Of a stretch of DNA of 15,059 bases, positions 1 through 8,765 are shown in pieces (the first letter of the stretch is position 1; each line of letters begins with the position of its first letter). A program made the position numbers and the translations under genes. The notes beneath the pieces were generated by a model that worked only from the letters and a program-made list of their open reading frames with translations, did no database searches and was not told where the DNA came from. The DNA is taken from assembly GCA_037381445.1 (NCBI GenBank), contig JARRQT010000052.1:17160-32218 (forward strand). Reading direction: 5' to 3'. The DNA comes from Calditrichia bacterium. GTDB taxonomy: Bacteria; Calditrichota; Calditrichia; RBG-13-44-9.

Positions 1-2
1 GA

Positions 3-1091
3 ATGGAAGAACCCGGTGCGGAAGAACTTGCGGAACTGGGTGCCACAAAAATCCGCCAGGCCTATCGCGGCCTGTATTTTGAAGCGGACCAGTCCACCGT
101 TTACCGCATCAACTATAACGCCAGGCTCATCACGCGGGTGCTGGCACCGCTTACCACATTCAAGTGCCATAACACGGATTACCTGTACCGGCAGGCCAAA
201 GAAATTCAATGGACGGATTTTCTTTCCGCCGCGCAGACTTTCGCAGTGTTTGCCCATGTTGCCCACAGCAAGATCAGGCATTCCCGGTATGCCGCGCTTC
301 GCCTCAAAGATGCCATCGTCGACTATTTCCGGGACAGCCAGGGCAGGCGCCCCGCGGTTAACCGTAATCATCCCGATGTCTGGTTCAACCTTCACATTGA
401 AAATGACCGGGCCACTATCAGTGTCGATACCTCCGGCGGTTCGCTGCACCGCCGGGGATACCGCTCCGATGCAGGACCGGCGCCCATGCAGGAAACGGTG
501 GCTGCGGCCATTATCCGCATGATGGAGTGGGATGGCAGCCGTCCCCTGTATGATCCCATGTGTGGATCGGGGACCCTGCTCAGCGAGGCGCTGATGAGCC
601 ATTGCGAAATCCCGGCGGGGTATCTGCGAAAGCGGTTCGGTTTTGAATCGCTGCCTGACTTTAATCCGCAGCTCTGGCATACGGTAAAAAACAGATCGGA
701 CCAGAAAATCAGGAACCTGACCGAGGGATTTATTTCGGGCAGCGATATATCGCGTCATGAGGTAGATATGGCGCGAAAAAATCTGCGCAGCCTGCCCTCC
801 GGCGGCAAGGTCCGGCTGGCGGTAAAAGATTTCCGTAAAATTGAGGGTTTGGAAAATCATATTATCGTCTGTAATCCCCCTTACGGGATCCGTTTGGGAG
901 AGGAAAAAGAGCTAGAGAACCTTTATAAAGCTTTTGGCGATTTTCTGAAGCAACGCTGCAAAAACAGCATCGCCTATGTCTATTTCGGAAACCGGGCGCT
1001 GATCCCCAAAATCGGGTTAAAGCCTTCCTGGAAGAAAGAGCTGGTCAGCGGCGGCCTGGACGGACGGCTGGTAAAAATCGAACTTTACTGA
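3..1091 (+). CDS. THUMP-domain class I SAM-dependent RNA methyltransferase (RlmL/YpsC-like, 23S rRNA m2G2445 type); probably truncated at the window's 5' edge
   Basis: The N-terminal region is THUMP-like. Motifs are DTSGGSLHRRGYR, APMQETVAAAII, SAM-binding DPMCGSGT and catalytic NPPYG. The ORF begins at the window edge, and homologues usually have extra residues before MEE. It has no fused RlmK half. Confidence 0.9.
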   Translation: MEEPGAEELAELGATKIRQAYRGLYFEADQSTVYRINYNARLITRVLAPLTTFKCHNTDYLYRQAKEIQWTDFLSAAQTFAVFAHVAHSKIRHSRYAALRLKDAIVDYFRDSQGRRPAVNRNHPDVWFNLHIENDRATISVDTSGGSLHRRGYRSDAGPAPMQETVAAAIIRMMEWDGSRPLYDPMCGSGTLLSEALMSHCEIPAGYLRKRFGFESLPDFNPQLWHTVKNRSDQKIRNLTEGFISGSDISRHEVDMARKNLRSLPSGGKVRLAVKDFRKIEGLENHIIVCNPPYGIRLGEEKELENLYKAFGDFLKQRCKNSIAYVYFGNRALIPKIGLKPSWKKELVSGGLDGRLVKIELY

Positions 1092-1210
1092 TCCTTCTTC
1101 CCGGAGTTGTGCATTGCTGAAAGGGCTAAAGAGAGCCAATCACCTCGATGCTCTGTAAATTTTGAAGAAATATTGCCGGTCATCATCTTACTGAATTTTG
1201 AGGACACGGA

Positions 1211-1570
1211 ATGGAAAAAATCAATATCAAACAGAAATTGTCTCTTTTCAGTGATTACTGGAATCCCAGAATAGCCGGGGAGCTAAACGGGCAGCAGGTG
1301 AAGTTGGTCAAGTTTCTGGGCGCATTTGACTGGCATCATCACGAAAATGAAGACGAGTTTTTCATGGTTATCAAAGGCCGCTTTCGGATGGAACTGAGGA
1401 ATCGTAACATCGAACTGGAGGAAGGTGAATTCCTGATTGTTCCGAAAGGCGTGGAGCACCGGCCGGTGGCCGAAAAGGAAGTCCATGTGCTTTTGTTTGA
1501 ACCCGCATCCATCCTCAATACCGGTAACCTCCGCAATGAAAAAACTGTTGCCGCTCCCTCAAAAATTTAG
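1211..1570 (+). CDS. Cupin-domain protein (cupin_2 type)
   Basis: Cupin motif 1 WHHHENEDEFF and motif 2 VPKGVEHRP are present. GAGGA lies just upstream of the ATG. Confidence 0.9.
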   Translation: MEKINIKQKLSLFSDYWNPRIAGELNGQQVKLVKFLGAFDWHHHENEDEFFMVIKGRFRMELRNRNIELEEGEFLIVPKGVEHRPVAEKEVHVLLFEPASILNTGNLRNEKTVAAPSKI

Positions 1571-1938
1571 GTCTCTGTCTTCCGGATGTATCGGTACACC
1601 GAATAATCCTCCCCGGGTATTCTTTTTGGAAGTCTTCAATTGTGGTATCACCGATCCTGCGGCAGCATGCCGGGTAACAGGGAAATTTCCTGGTCTTGTC
1701 AGAAATAGTATTCACTGGCATGTTTAAACTTCTTCTAACAGACGACTTTTCAATTTTGTGACAAATGTGCTTTGACGGATTTCGCGGTACATTTAACTTA
1801 TTCACCGGTTTTGGCCGGAATATGGAATGAAGTCATCCCATGCTTTTTTACAGGGAGGCATTCGGTACAATTCTCATTTTTCGTTTATCTCTTTAATTGT
1901 TTTTCAAACATCTATTACATCTCAAGAGGAGACACGTT

Positions 1939-2541
1939 ATGCGCAATTTTACCCGTGGTATTTTGGTCATGATGAGTTTTATGGTGCTTTTTTCCCTGCT
2001 GTACGCTGATGAAATCTCCAACCAGATTGACAAGGCCAAGTCCCTTTATTCTCAGGGGAAATACAGCGAGGCGGTCAGCGAGTTGAATTTTGCCATCGGT
2101 CAGATCCAATCGCTGCAGGTAGACCGTTACAAGACAGCTTTCCCGGCACCGCTGTCGGGCTGGACTGCTGAAGATTTCGAAGGGAACAGCGCAGGGATGG
2201 CTTTTATGGGCGGCGGTATTTCCGTCAGCCGCAACTACACCACAAATAATGGTGCCACTTCGGTTAAAATAGAAGTGGTCTCGGACTCTCCGCTGCTTTC
2301 GAGCATTATGATGATGTTCAGCAATCCCATGTTTCTGGGAGGCAACAAGGTGGTCACAGTCAGCGGTGAAAAGGCGGTGGAAGAGTGGAATGAATCGGAT
2401 AAATCCGGCCAGCTCCAGATTGTTGTGGAAAACAGAATGCTCATCACGGTAAACGGAAGCGGATTGTCCGGCAAAAGCCAGCTTTATGATTATGCCAATA
2501 AGATCGATTATGCCAAATTAAAATCTTTCATGAAGATGTAG
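1939..2541 (+). CDS. Uncharacterised exported protein (signal peptide, N-terminal helical hairpin, Met/Gly-rich alpha/beta domain)
   Basis: I moved the start to ATG 1939, which follows GAGGAG. The signal peptide is MRNFTRGILVMMSFMVLFSLLYA|D. An intrinsic terminator follows the gene. Confidence 0.8.
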   Translation: MRNFTRGILVMMSFMVLFSLLYADEISNQIDKAKSLYSQGKYSEAVSELNFAIGQIQSLQVDRYKTAFPAPLSGWTAEDFEGNSAGMAFMGGGISVSRNYTTNNGATSVKIEVVSDSPLLSSIMMMFSNPMFLGGNKVVTVSGEKAVEEWNESDKSGQLQIVVENRMLITVNGSGLSGKSQLYDYANKIDYAKLKSFMKM

Positions 2542-2551
2542 AACACACGGC

Positions 2552-2587
2552 GCCCCGGGAATCCCAAACTGGTTTCCGGGGCTTTTT
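2552..2587 (+). terminator. Rho-independent terminator
   Basis: GCCCCGGGAA (2552-2561) pairs with TTTCCGGGGC (2573-2582) with one G-U pair, followed by TTTTT. It starts 10 nt after the stop codon. Confidence 0.8.
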
Positions 2588-2670
2588 GAACCCCCCATTT
2601 TTGCCCTGCTGACCACCTCAGTCAATGAAATGCTTTTAAAATAATCATGTAAATGAAAGGAATATGAGTC

Positions 2671-3156
2671 ATGAGAGAAAAATACGGCTTTACAAAAATG
2701 ACCTTGCTTCTGCTTTTCATAGTACTTACTCTTCCGGCCCTCTCTGCCTTCGGGGCTGAAAACGATTATAAGACCATGATAGAAACATTCTTCTCCAAAA
2801 TGAAGAGTGGAAATTATGAAGACGCAATCAATTACATTTATGCGGACAATCCCTGGTTTTCCGCCAAATCCGATGATGTTCAGAAACTTAAAACGCAGTT
2901 CATTGGTTTGAATAAAATTGTGGGGAATTATATAGATAATGAGCTCATGACAGAGGAAAAAGCGGCCTCACGTTTTGTATTTGTGCAATATTTTGTGACA
3001 TTCGATCGTCAGCCGCTGAGTTTTAATTTTGAATTTTATAAACCCCGCGACAAATGGCAGACGTTTTCGTTTTCCTATGCTGACGATATCGATAAACTGA
3101 TTGAAGAAAAAGCCAAGCAGAATTATCTGCAGAGAACAAATTCAGGCAGTAAATAA
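2671..3156 (+). CDS. Uncharacterised exported protein, possibly NTF2-like/DUF3887-like fold
   Basis: AAAGGA lies upstream and the signal peptide ends ...LPALSAFGA|E. Helix IETFFSKMKSGNYEDAINY is followed by alternating beta strands ending YKPRDKWQ. The fold call is inference. Confidence 0.75.
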   Translation: MREKYGFTKMTLLLLFIVLTLPALSAFGAENDYKTMIETFFSKMKSGNYEDAINYIYADNPWFSAKSDDVQKLKTQFIGLNKIVGNYIDNELMTEEKAASRFVFVQYFVTFDRQPLSFNFEFYKPRDKWQTFSFSYADDIDKLIEEKAKQNYLQRTNSGSK

Positions 3157-3194
3157 CATATTGGATACAAGCCTATCAGAGAGGAGGGGCTGTT

Positions 3195-3737
3195 ATGCAC
3201 GAACGGCGGTTTCACAGGGATAAAGATACACTGCGTTCTCCGGAGCGTATTGCGCGTCTGGAGGTTGACCGGGTGGTGAAACTTTCTCTGCAAAATATAA
3301 AACCACAAAATGTGCTGGATATCGGGACCGGGACCGGCTTGTTTGCGGAAAGATTCGCCCGGCAGGGATTGCGGATTGCCGGGGTGGATGCGAATCCGGA
3401 AATGATAAAAGCTGTGCAGGATTATCTTCCCCATGGCGAATTTCTCAAAGGAATTGCGGAGGTGCTTCCTTTCCCGGACCAATCCTTCGACCTCGTCTTT
3501 ATGGGGGTGCTGCTTCACGAAACGGATGATGCTCAGCAAGCCCTGCGGGAGGCGCGGCGGGTGGCCAGAATACGCCTATCCATTCTGGAATGGCCCTACC
3601 GGCAGGAGGAATCCGGACCGCCGCTGGAGCACCGCCTCAAGCCCAAAACCGTGGAATCGCAGGCAGCCGAAGCCGGATTTCGGAATTTTGAAATGATAAC
3701 GCTGACGCACACCGTTCTGTATCGAATGTCGGTATGA
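3195..3737 (+). CDS. Class I SAM-dependent methyltransferase
   Basis: Motif I VLDIGTGTG, post-I GVD, motif II LPFPDQSFDLV and C-terminal GPPLEHRL are present. The RBS is GAGGAGG. Confidence 0.9.
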   Translation: MHERRFHRDKDTLRSPERIARLEVDRVVKLSLQNIKPQNVLDIGTGTGLFAERFARQGLRIAGVDANPEMIKAVQDYLPHGEFLKGIAEVLPFPDQSFDLVFMGVLLHETDDAQQALREARRVARIRLSILEWPYRQEESGPPLEHRLKPKTVESQAAEAGFRNFEMITLTHTVLYRMSV

Positions 3738-3864
3738 AGTCAATTTTCAGCGAATAGTTTTATGAGAACCGTCTGAATCAGGCGCATCTCCGTAAAAGGG
3801 GTTGGGAATGACCGGATTGCGGAAATAAATGCTATCCAATTATGCGGGAAGGCTGTTTGCCAGC

Positions 3865-4527
3865 TCAGGATTTCCTGGCGATGAGACTGGCAAATCCGTG
3901 GCGGTGCGGCTTTCCGTGGCTGAAATCGGGTTCCATTCCCTCATTGTAGTGCAAAATCTCCAACCCGGGGAATTGTTTGGCCAGTTCATAGGACCGGAAA
4001 TAGTATTCTATGGCGAAGGATGTTTCGCTGACACCATTCGATTCTTCCTCTTCCTGAATCTTTTCCATCTTTCGCTTATAGCCCGGATCGGAAACTGTAA
4101 GAACATAAGCGAAAAGAATCCCTCCTTTTTTGAGCGATTTCTGAATTCCCGCAATGACCTCCTTCCGGGCGTCATGCTCCAGGTGATCCAGAATGGTCAT
4201 GGCGACAATAATATCGAAATGATCCGGCGGGAAAACGTACTGGTCCACGGCCTGCACAAATGCCTCTATTTCCAGTTCCCGTTCTTCCGCAAACCTTTTG
4301 ACCTTTTGGATCCCCGCTGAAGCCAGATCGATCGCGATCACCTTACAGCCGCGCTCGGCCAGGTAAACCGCATAGCGCCCTTCCCCGCACCCCAGATCGA
4401 GAGCGGTTTTTCCGGCTAGCTCCATTTTTCCCAGACAATCCGTGAACTCTTTGCGCAAATCCCATCCGTAATACATTTCGGAGCCGCTGTATAGTTCATT
4501 AAACTTTTCGATGACGGATGTCTTCAT
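3865..4527 (-). CDS. Class I SAM-dependent methyltransferase (TehB-like)
   Basis: Motifs are ALDLGCGEGRYAVYLAERG, VIAID, FDII and LKKGGIL. I placed the start at ATG 4527 after GAGGAG; the ORF-track start at 4542 overlaps that RBS. Confidence 0.85.
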   Translation of the reverse strand: MKTSVIEKFNELYSGSEMYYGWDLRKEFTDCLGKMELAGKTALDLGCGEGRYAVYLAERGCKVIAIDLASAGIQKVKRFAEERELEIEAFVQAVDQYVFPPDHFDIIVAMTILDHLEHDARKEVIAGIQKSLKKGGILFAYVLTVSDPGYKRKMEKIQEEEESNGVSETSFAIEYYFRSYELAKQFPGLEILHYNEGMEPDFSHGKPHRHGFASLIARKS

Positions 4528-4664
4528 GACGGGTCTCCTCATTTTAGATTGTTACGGCTTATAACCGAATTTGGTGTTTGCGGCATCTCCCTCAAATTTC
4601 CGCGGAATAAACATTCCATTGTCCTGTTTTCTAAGGCATTAAGTGACAAGAGAGTATTCTGCGT

Positions 4665-5090
4665 TCATTCATTCCCCGGTTTAATGCGGCCTCTGCCATG
4701 TTTAATTTCGCTGTGGCGGTGCTTCTCCTGCAGTCTCTTTTCGACGGCGGCTTTGGGAGGCCGGGTCTTTCTCCTCTTTTTGGGCTTTTCAGCCGCTTTG
4801 CGGATCAGCCTGACCAGCCTGTCCACCGCATCCCGCCGGTTTTGATGCTGGGTGCGGAAACGATGGGCGGAGATAATCAGGATTCCCTCCTCGCTTATCC
4901 GGCTGCCGGCCAAATCCGTGAGACGCTGCCGGAGGTCATCGGGCAGGGAGGGAGAACGGCGCACGTCGAAACGGAGCTGCACGGCGGTAGACACTTTGTT
5001 TACATTTTGTCCGCCGGGCCCGGAGGAGCGTATAAACTCCATGTGCAGTTCATTTTCATCCAGCAATATGTCATCTGTAATATACAGCAT
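4665..5090 (-). CDS. arfB: Alternative ribosome-rescue peptidyl-tRNA hydrolase ArfB (YaeJ)
   Basis: RSSGPGGQNVNKVSTAVQLRF contains the GGQ motif. It also has RTQHQNRRDA and a basic C-terminal tail (PKKRRKTRP...KRLQEK), and is 141 aa long. Confidence 0.95.
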   Translation of the reverse strand: MLYITDDILLDENELHMEFIRSSGPGGQNVNKVSTAVQLRFDVRRSPSLPDDLRQRLTDLAGSRISEEGILIISAHRFRTQHQNRRDAVDRLVRLIRKAAEKPKKRRKTRPPKAAVEKRLQEKHRHSEIKHGRGRIKPGNE

Positions 5091-5332
5091 CGCCCATTAA
5101 TCCTCTGATAAATTTTAATACAAAAGCGGCAATAATTCTATGTTTTTCTATGAAATCCGAAATTTGAAGTTCCTGAAGGTCCCGGGCCTTTTCCTGATTC
5201 TGCAGGCAGCAGAATGTACCGATGTAATAGCCTGGTCAGTATAATCTATGGCAAGCGATATTTTGGCATCCGCATGAACTCAGACCATCGGGCGGGAATT
5301 GTGATTGATCCCGCGGTGGGGAAATAGCTTTG

Positions 5333-6310
5333 CTAATCTCTGAACGCGCGCGAGACAGCGTCCAGCCGCCCCATTTCATCGTCTGTGAGACGGAACCGCA
5401 GGGCGCCGGTATTCTCTTCGGCATGGCGCACCTTGGTGGCCCCGGGGATTGCCAGCACCCGGTCGCCATGGAAATTAATGAGCCAGTTCAGGGCCACCTG
5501 CGAGGGAGTGACACTGTATTTTCCGGCGATGTCTTTCAGGGCTTCTATGACAGGCCAGCTTTTTTCGAGACCTTTAGATCTGAATTGTTTCATATATTTC
5601 CTGATCCCCCGGCTTTTGATCAGGTGGGGATGGTCATGGAATTTACCGGTGAGCAGTCCCTGGGCAAGGGGAGAATAAGCAATGATGGATACCCCCAGTC
5701 TTTCGGCGGTATCAAGAATCCCGTTTGTTTCAATTTTCCGGTCCAGCAGGTTATAGCGGACCTGGTTGGAGATGAGGTTGAGCCCGTGTTTTGAGAGTTC
5801 TTCCTGGGCCAGCCGCATGCGTTTTGCCGAGAAATTGCTGACCCCGATGAAGCGGATCTTTCTAGCGGAAACAAGCTCCGCCATGGCTTTCATCTGGCTT
5901 TTGGTGGTGGAAAAGGAAAAAGGCTGATGTATCTGATACAGATCGATGCCGAAGCCGTTCAGCGCCTTCAGGCGTTTATCGATGGTCTTGGTGATATTCC
6001 CGGCAAACCGAAACAGCGGCCACCATTTGGTAGCGATAATGATCTCTCCATTTTCTTTTCCCAGGTGGTGCAGGGCATTCGAAAGCGATCGTTCCGATTC
6101 GCCCCAGCCGTATGCCTCAGCGGTGTCGAACCAGTTGATGCCGCCTTCCATGCTGATCTTCAGGATGTCCCGCATATCCTGAACCTCCAGCGATGGCCAG
6201 TAGCCGCCCATCAAGCCTTTTCCTTTGCTGAACTGCCAGCAGCCCAATCCCAGCGCCGATATTTTCAGTCCCGATTTTCCCAGGGTGCGGTAAATGTGAG
6301 AATTCTCCAT
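5333..6310 (-). CDS. Aldo/keto reductase
   Basis: Motifs are LGLGCWQF, catalytic DTAEAYG / ATK / YQIH, IGVSNF, AYSPLAQGLLTGK and IPGA. I placed the start at ATG 6310 after AAGGAG. Confidence 0.92.
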   Translation of the reverse strand: MENSHIYRTLGKSGLKISALGLGCWQFSKGKGLMGGYWPSLEVQDMRDILKISMEGGINWFDTAEAYGWGESERSLSNALHHLGKENGEIIIATKWWPLFRFAGNITKTIDKRLKALNGFGIDLYQIHQPFSFSTTKSQMKAMAELVSARKIRFIGVSNFSAKRMRLAQEELSKHGLNLISNQVRYNLLDRKIETNGILDTAERLGVSIIAYSPLAQGLLTGKFHDHPHLIKSRGIRKYMKQFRSKGLEKSWPVIEALKDIAGKYSVTPSQVALNWLINFHGDRVLAIPGATKVRHAEENTGALRFRLTDDEMGRLDAVSRAFRD

Positions 6311-6490
6311 CGGCCTCTCCTTATTTGTCATTTTTGGGCACAAAAATATATAAAATGCAAACAATCTTATCCCGGCGGATAAATTGCGATTTCAGAATCT
6401 GTCCGAAAGCAACGACTGATTTTATTTCTGTCCGATATAAAACCAGTTGAAAATAAAACCAACTCCAGAAATGATACAAACCGCCGGCTT

Positions 6491-7867
6491 TTAAGTTTCA
6501 GCGGGGGAGGTTAGCTGCTCTGCAGGCAGCGTGACCATTGCGGTGCGGGTCTTGTAATTGAACCGGAGGGTGAAAAGTGTCGCTGCGATGGTAAGGGCTA
6601 TCAGCAGGCCGATCCAGATGCCCACCACGCCGATGCCGGCGATGAATCCCAGAAAATATGCCACCGGCAGGCCCACTCCCCAGTAGGCAATAAAACTGAT
6701 CATCATGGGAATTTTGACATCGGTGATTCCGCGCAGGATTCCCAGTCCGGAAGCCTGTATGCCATCGGATATCTGAAAGAAGGCAGCGACAACGAGCAGC
6801 GAAGCGGCGATGGAAACTACCTGCGGATCGGAAATAAATATTCGGGGGAGCAGATTCCGCAGAAAAATAAAGGCGATTCCGGAAACCGCCATAATAGCGG
6901 CTGCAAACAGCACGGCGGAGAAACCGGCGTCCCGTACTCCCTTCACATCCTGCCTTCCCACGGCATTTCCCACCCGAATGGTTCCCGCCGCCGAAATTCC
7001 CAGGATGATCATAAAGGAAACCGAAGCCATGCTCAGCGCGATTTGATGGGCGGCCAGCGGTTTGCTTCCCAGCCAGCCAATCATGACCGCAGAGAAAGCA
7101 AAGGCGCCCACTTCAAAAAAGTTCTGGAATCCGCTTGGCAGACCGATATCCACAAGCCTTCTCATTACCTTAAAATTTATATTTCTGAATTTGAAGCTGG
7201 GATCGAACTGCCTGAATTTGGCTGTAAACAGCACATACACAACGATCACCCCCGCCATGAAAATCCGGGTGAGCAGGGTGGAATAGCCTGCGCCGTCCAG
7301 TCCGTAAGCGGGAAATCCCAGCTTCCCGTAGATGAAAACCCAGTTGCCAAAAACATTTACCACATTGGCGCCGATGGTGATATACATGGCGGGGCGCGTA
7401 AATGAGAGGCCCTCGATAAACTGGCGATAGGTCTGGAAAAGCATGAACGGGATAATGGACAGGCTGATGATTTTGGCATAGGAGATGGCCTGCGCAGCGA
7501 CTTCCGGCGGCTGGTTTAGCAGCGGAATCAGATCGGCCAGGAAAAAGGCGATCAGAAACAGCAGAATGGCAAATGCGGAATTGAACAGAAGCGCCTGCCG
7601 CAGAATAACGCCGCAATGGGGATAATTCTCCTGCCCCCGCGCAATAGCCACCAGGGGAGTGATGGCAAGGGTCATCCCTAGGCCGAAAACAACGATGAGG
7701 AAAATCAACCCGTTTACCAGTGAAGAAGCCGCCAGGGGGACCGCTCCCACTTTTCCTACCATGATGCTGTCGGTAATTCCCAGCATTATATGGCCCAGTT
7801 GGGCGATGGCGACCGGGTAAGCAAGCCGCAGGGTTTCTTTGATGTGGGTTGGGAAATTATTAATCAA
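6491..7867 (-). CDS. MATE family efflux transporter (NorM-like)
   Basis: It has about 12 hydrophobic segments. MATE motifs are LAYPV, DSIMVGKVG, GLDGAGYST, FFEVGAF, LAAHQIA, RVGNAVG and FQISDGIQ...LRG. The start codon is TTG, so the exact start is less certain. Confidence 0.92.
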   Translation of the reverse strand: MINNFPTHIKETLRLAYPVAIAQLGHIMLGITDSIMVGKVGAVPLAASSLVNGLIFLIVVFGLGMTLAITPLVAIARGQENYPHCGVILRQALLFNSAFAILLFLIAFFLADLIPLLNQPPEVAAQAISYAKIISLSIIPFMLFQTYRQFIEGLSFTRPAMYITIGANVVNVFGNWVFIYGKLGFPAYGLDGAGYSTLLTRIFMAGVIVVYVLFTAKFRQFDPSFKFRNINFKVMRRLVDIGLPSGFQNFFEVGAFAFSAVMIGWLGSKPLAAHQIALSMASVSFMIILGISAAGTIRVGNAVGRQDVKGVRDAGFSAVLFAAAIMAVSGIAFIFLRNLLPRIFISDPQVVSIAASLLVVAAFFQISDGIQASGLGILRGITDVKIPMMISFIAYWGVGLPVAYFLGFIAGIGVVGIWIGLLIALTIAATLFTLRFNYKTRTAMVTLPAEQLTSPAET

Positions 7868-7957
7868 TTGTTCTTTTCTTCCACTTCTTTTTCTTCCTGA
7901 TGCAGGACATCTTCCCGCGATTCTTTTTCAGGACAATTCCGGCAAAAAACGGGGCTA

Positions 7958-7986
7958 AAATTATATAGAATGATCGGCTGGTTCAA
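7958..7986 (-). promoter_or_regulatory. Putative housekeeping promoter of the MATE gene
   Basis: Minus-strand TTGAAC-N17-TAATTT lies about 90 nt upstream of the start, with an overlapping TATAAT. Confidence 0.35.
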
Positions 7987-8165
7987 GCCCTATTATGTTT
8001 TGGCAATCGAGCAGAGAGGGATTCCGTATTCCGGGCAATTTCGAACCGATGGTTGCATTTTGGAAACCGGAAAAGGAAGCATACTTGCATGAGTTGTTCG
8101 ATTGGGAATCCGGGAAGCAGCATCGCAATGAAGGCTCTTTACCGCTTTCGATGTCTCTGGAGCAA

Positions 8166-8594
8166 TCAGGCCAGGTAGGTTTCCGGGATGGGGAAATCGC
8201 TGTCCTCATCATTCCAGATCAGTGAAGTAACCAACCACTGATCATTCACCTTCATGAGCTGAATGCTGTTGATGCCGCGTTTGTAGGGTCTGGCTTCGTA
8301 GGTGCTGAAACGGTGCGCGATTTTCCCGAAGATTTCGGTTTTATGGGAAATTTCCCCTTCATAGAATTCCCGAACAGTATTATCCCCGATGCGCTCTTTG
8401 TAGTAGGATATGAATTCCTTGACCGTCCAGACAAAAGGCTCAGCAGCGCTGTTGCTGATGAGACGGGCGCCGGGATAAAAGAGCCCCCTGAATTTTTCCC
8501 AGTCCGGGATCTCGCCTTTCTTGATCGAGATGACCGCATACAATTCCCGTACGGCTGCTTCGATGGCGGGCAGTTCAACAGATGAATCGGGCAT
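8166..8594 (-). CDS. NTF2-like/SnoaL-like (DUF4440-type) protein
   Basis: The sequence pattern is LYAVIS...DWEKFRGLFYPGARL...FYEGEISHKTEIFGKIAHRFSTYE...RGINSIQLMKVNDQWLVTSLIWNDE. ACAGGA lies upstream of the ATG. Confidence 0.8.
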   Translation of the reverse strand: MPDSSVELPAIEAAVRELYAVISIKKGEIPDWEKFRGLFYPGARLISNSAAEPFVWTVKEFISYYKERIGDNTVREFYEGEISHKTEIFGKIAHRFSTYEARPYKRGINSIQLMKVNDQWLVTSLIWNDEDSDFPIPETYLA

Positions 8595-8723
8595 GGCGAC
8601 TTCCTGTATTTTTTGATTTTTAAAAGATTAATCGGGTCACCCGAATATCAAATAGATAACAGAAGACAATGTGGCAGGGGCCGGCTTTTTTATCATTGAT
8701 GCAGCGGCTTCAATCAGATAAGC

Positions 8724-8748
8724 GGCGGGCAAGACCCGCTTCCCCGCC
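8724..8748. other. GC-rich stem-loop just downstream of the aminopeptidase stop (possible terminator or mRNA-stabilising hairpin)
   Basis: GGCGGG-C-AAG / CTT-C-CCCGCC forms an inverted repeat. There is no good U-tract on the minus strand. Confidence 0.3.
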
Positions 8749-8765
8749 ATATCATCTTTTGATTT

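Noticed and set aside
3..5090. A ribosome or RNA-modification gene cluster (RlmL-like, methyltransferases, arfB)
   Set aside because: The genes are on mixed strands, separated by a terminator and unrelated genes. Nothing supports a shared function.
7970..8225. Small plus-strand ORFs (7970-8092, 40 aa; 7995-8225, 76 aa) between the MATE and NTF2-like genes
   Set aside because: They have no Shine-Dalgarno site in a window where most genes have one, and no recognisable motif. The longer one overlaps the NTF2-like gene.
3..8594. Selenocysteine or stop-codon readthrough at TGA-ending genes
   Set aside because: Each TGA falls at the expected C-terminus of its protein family, so none interrupts a domain.
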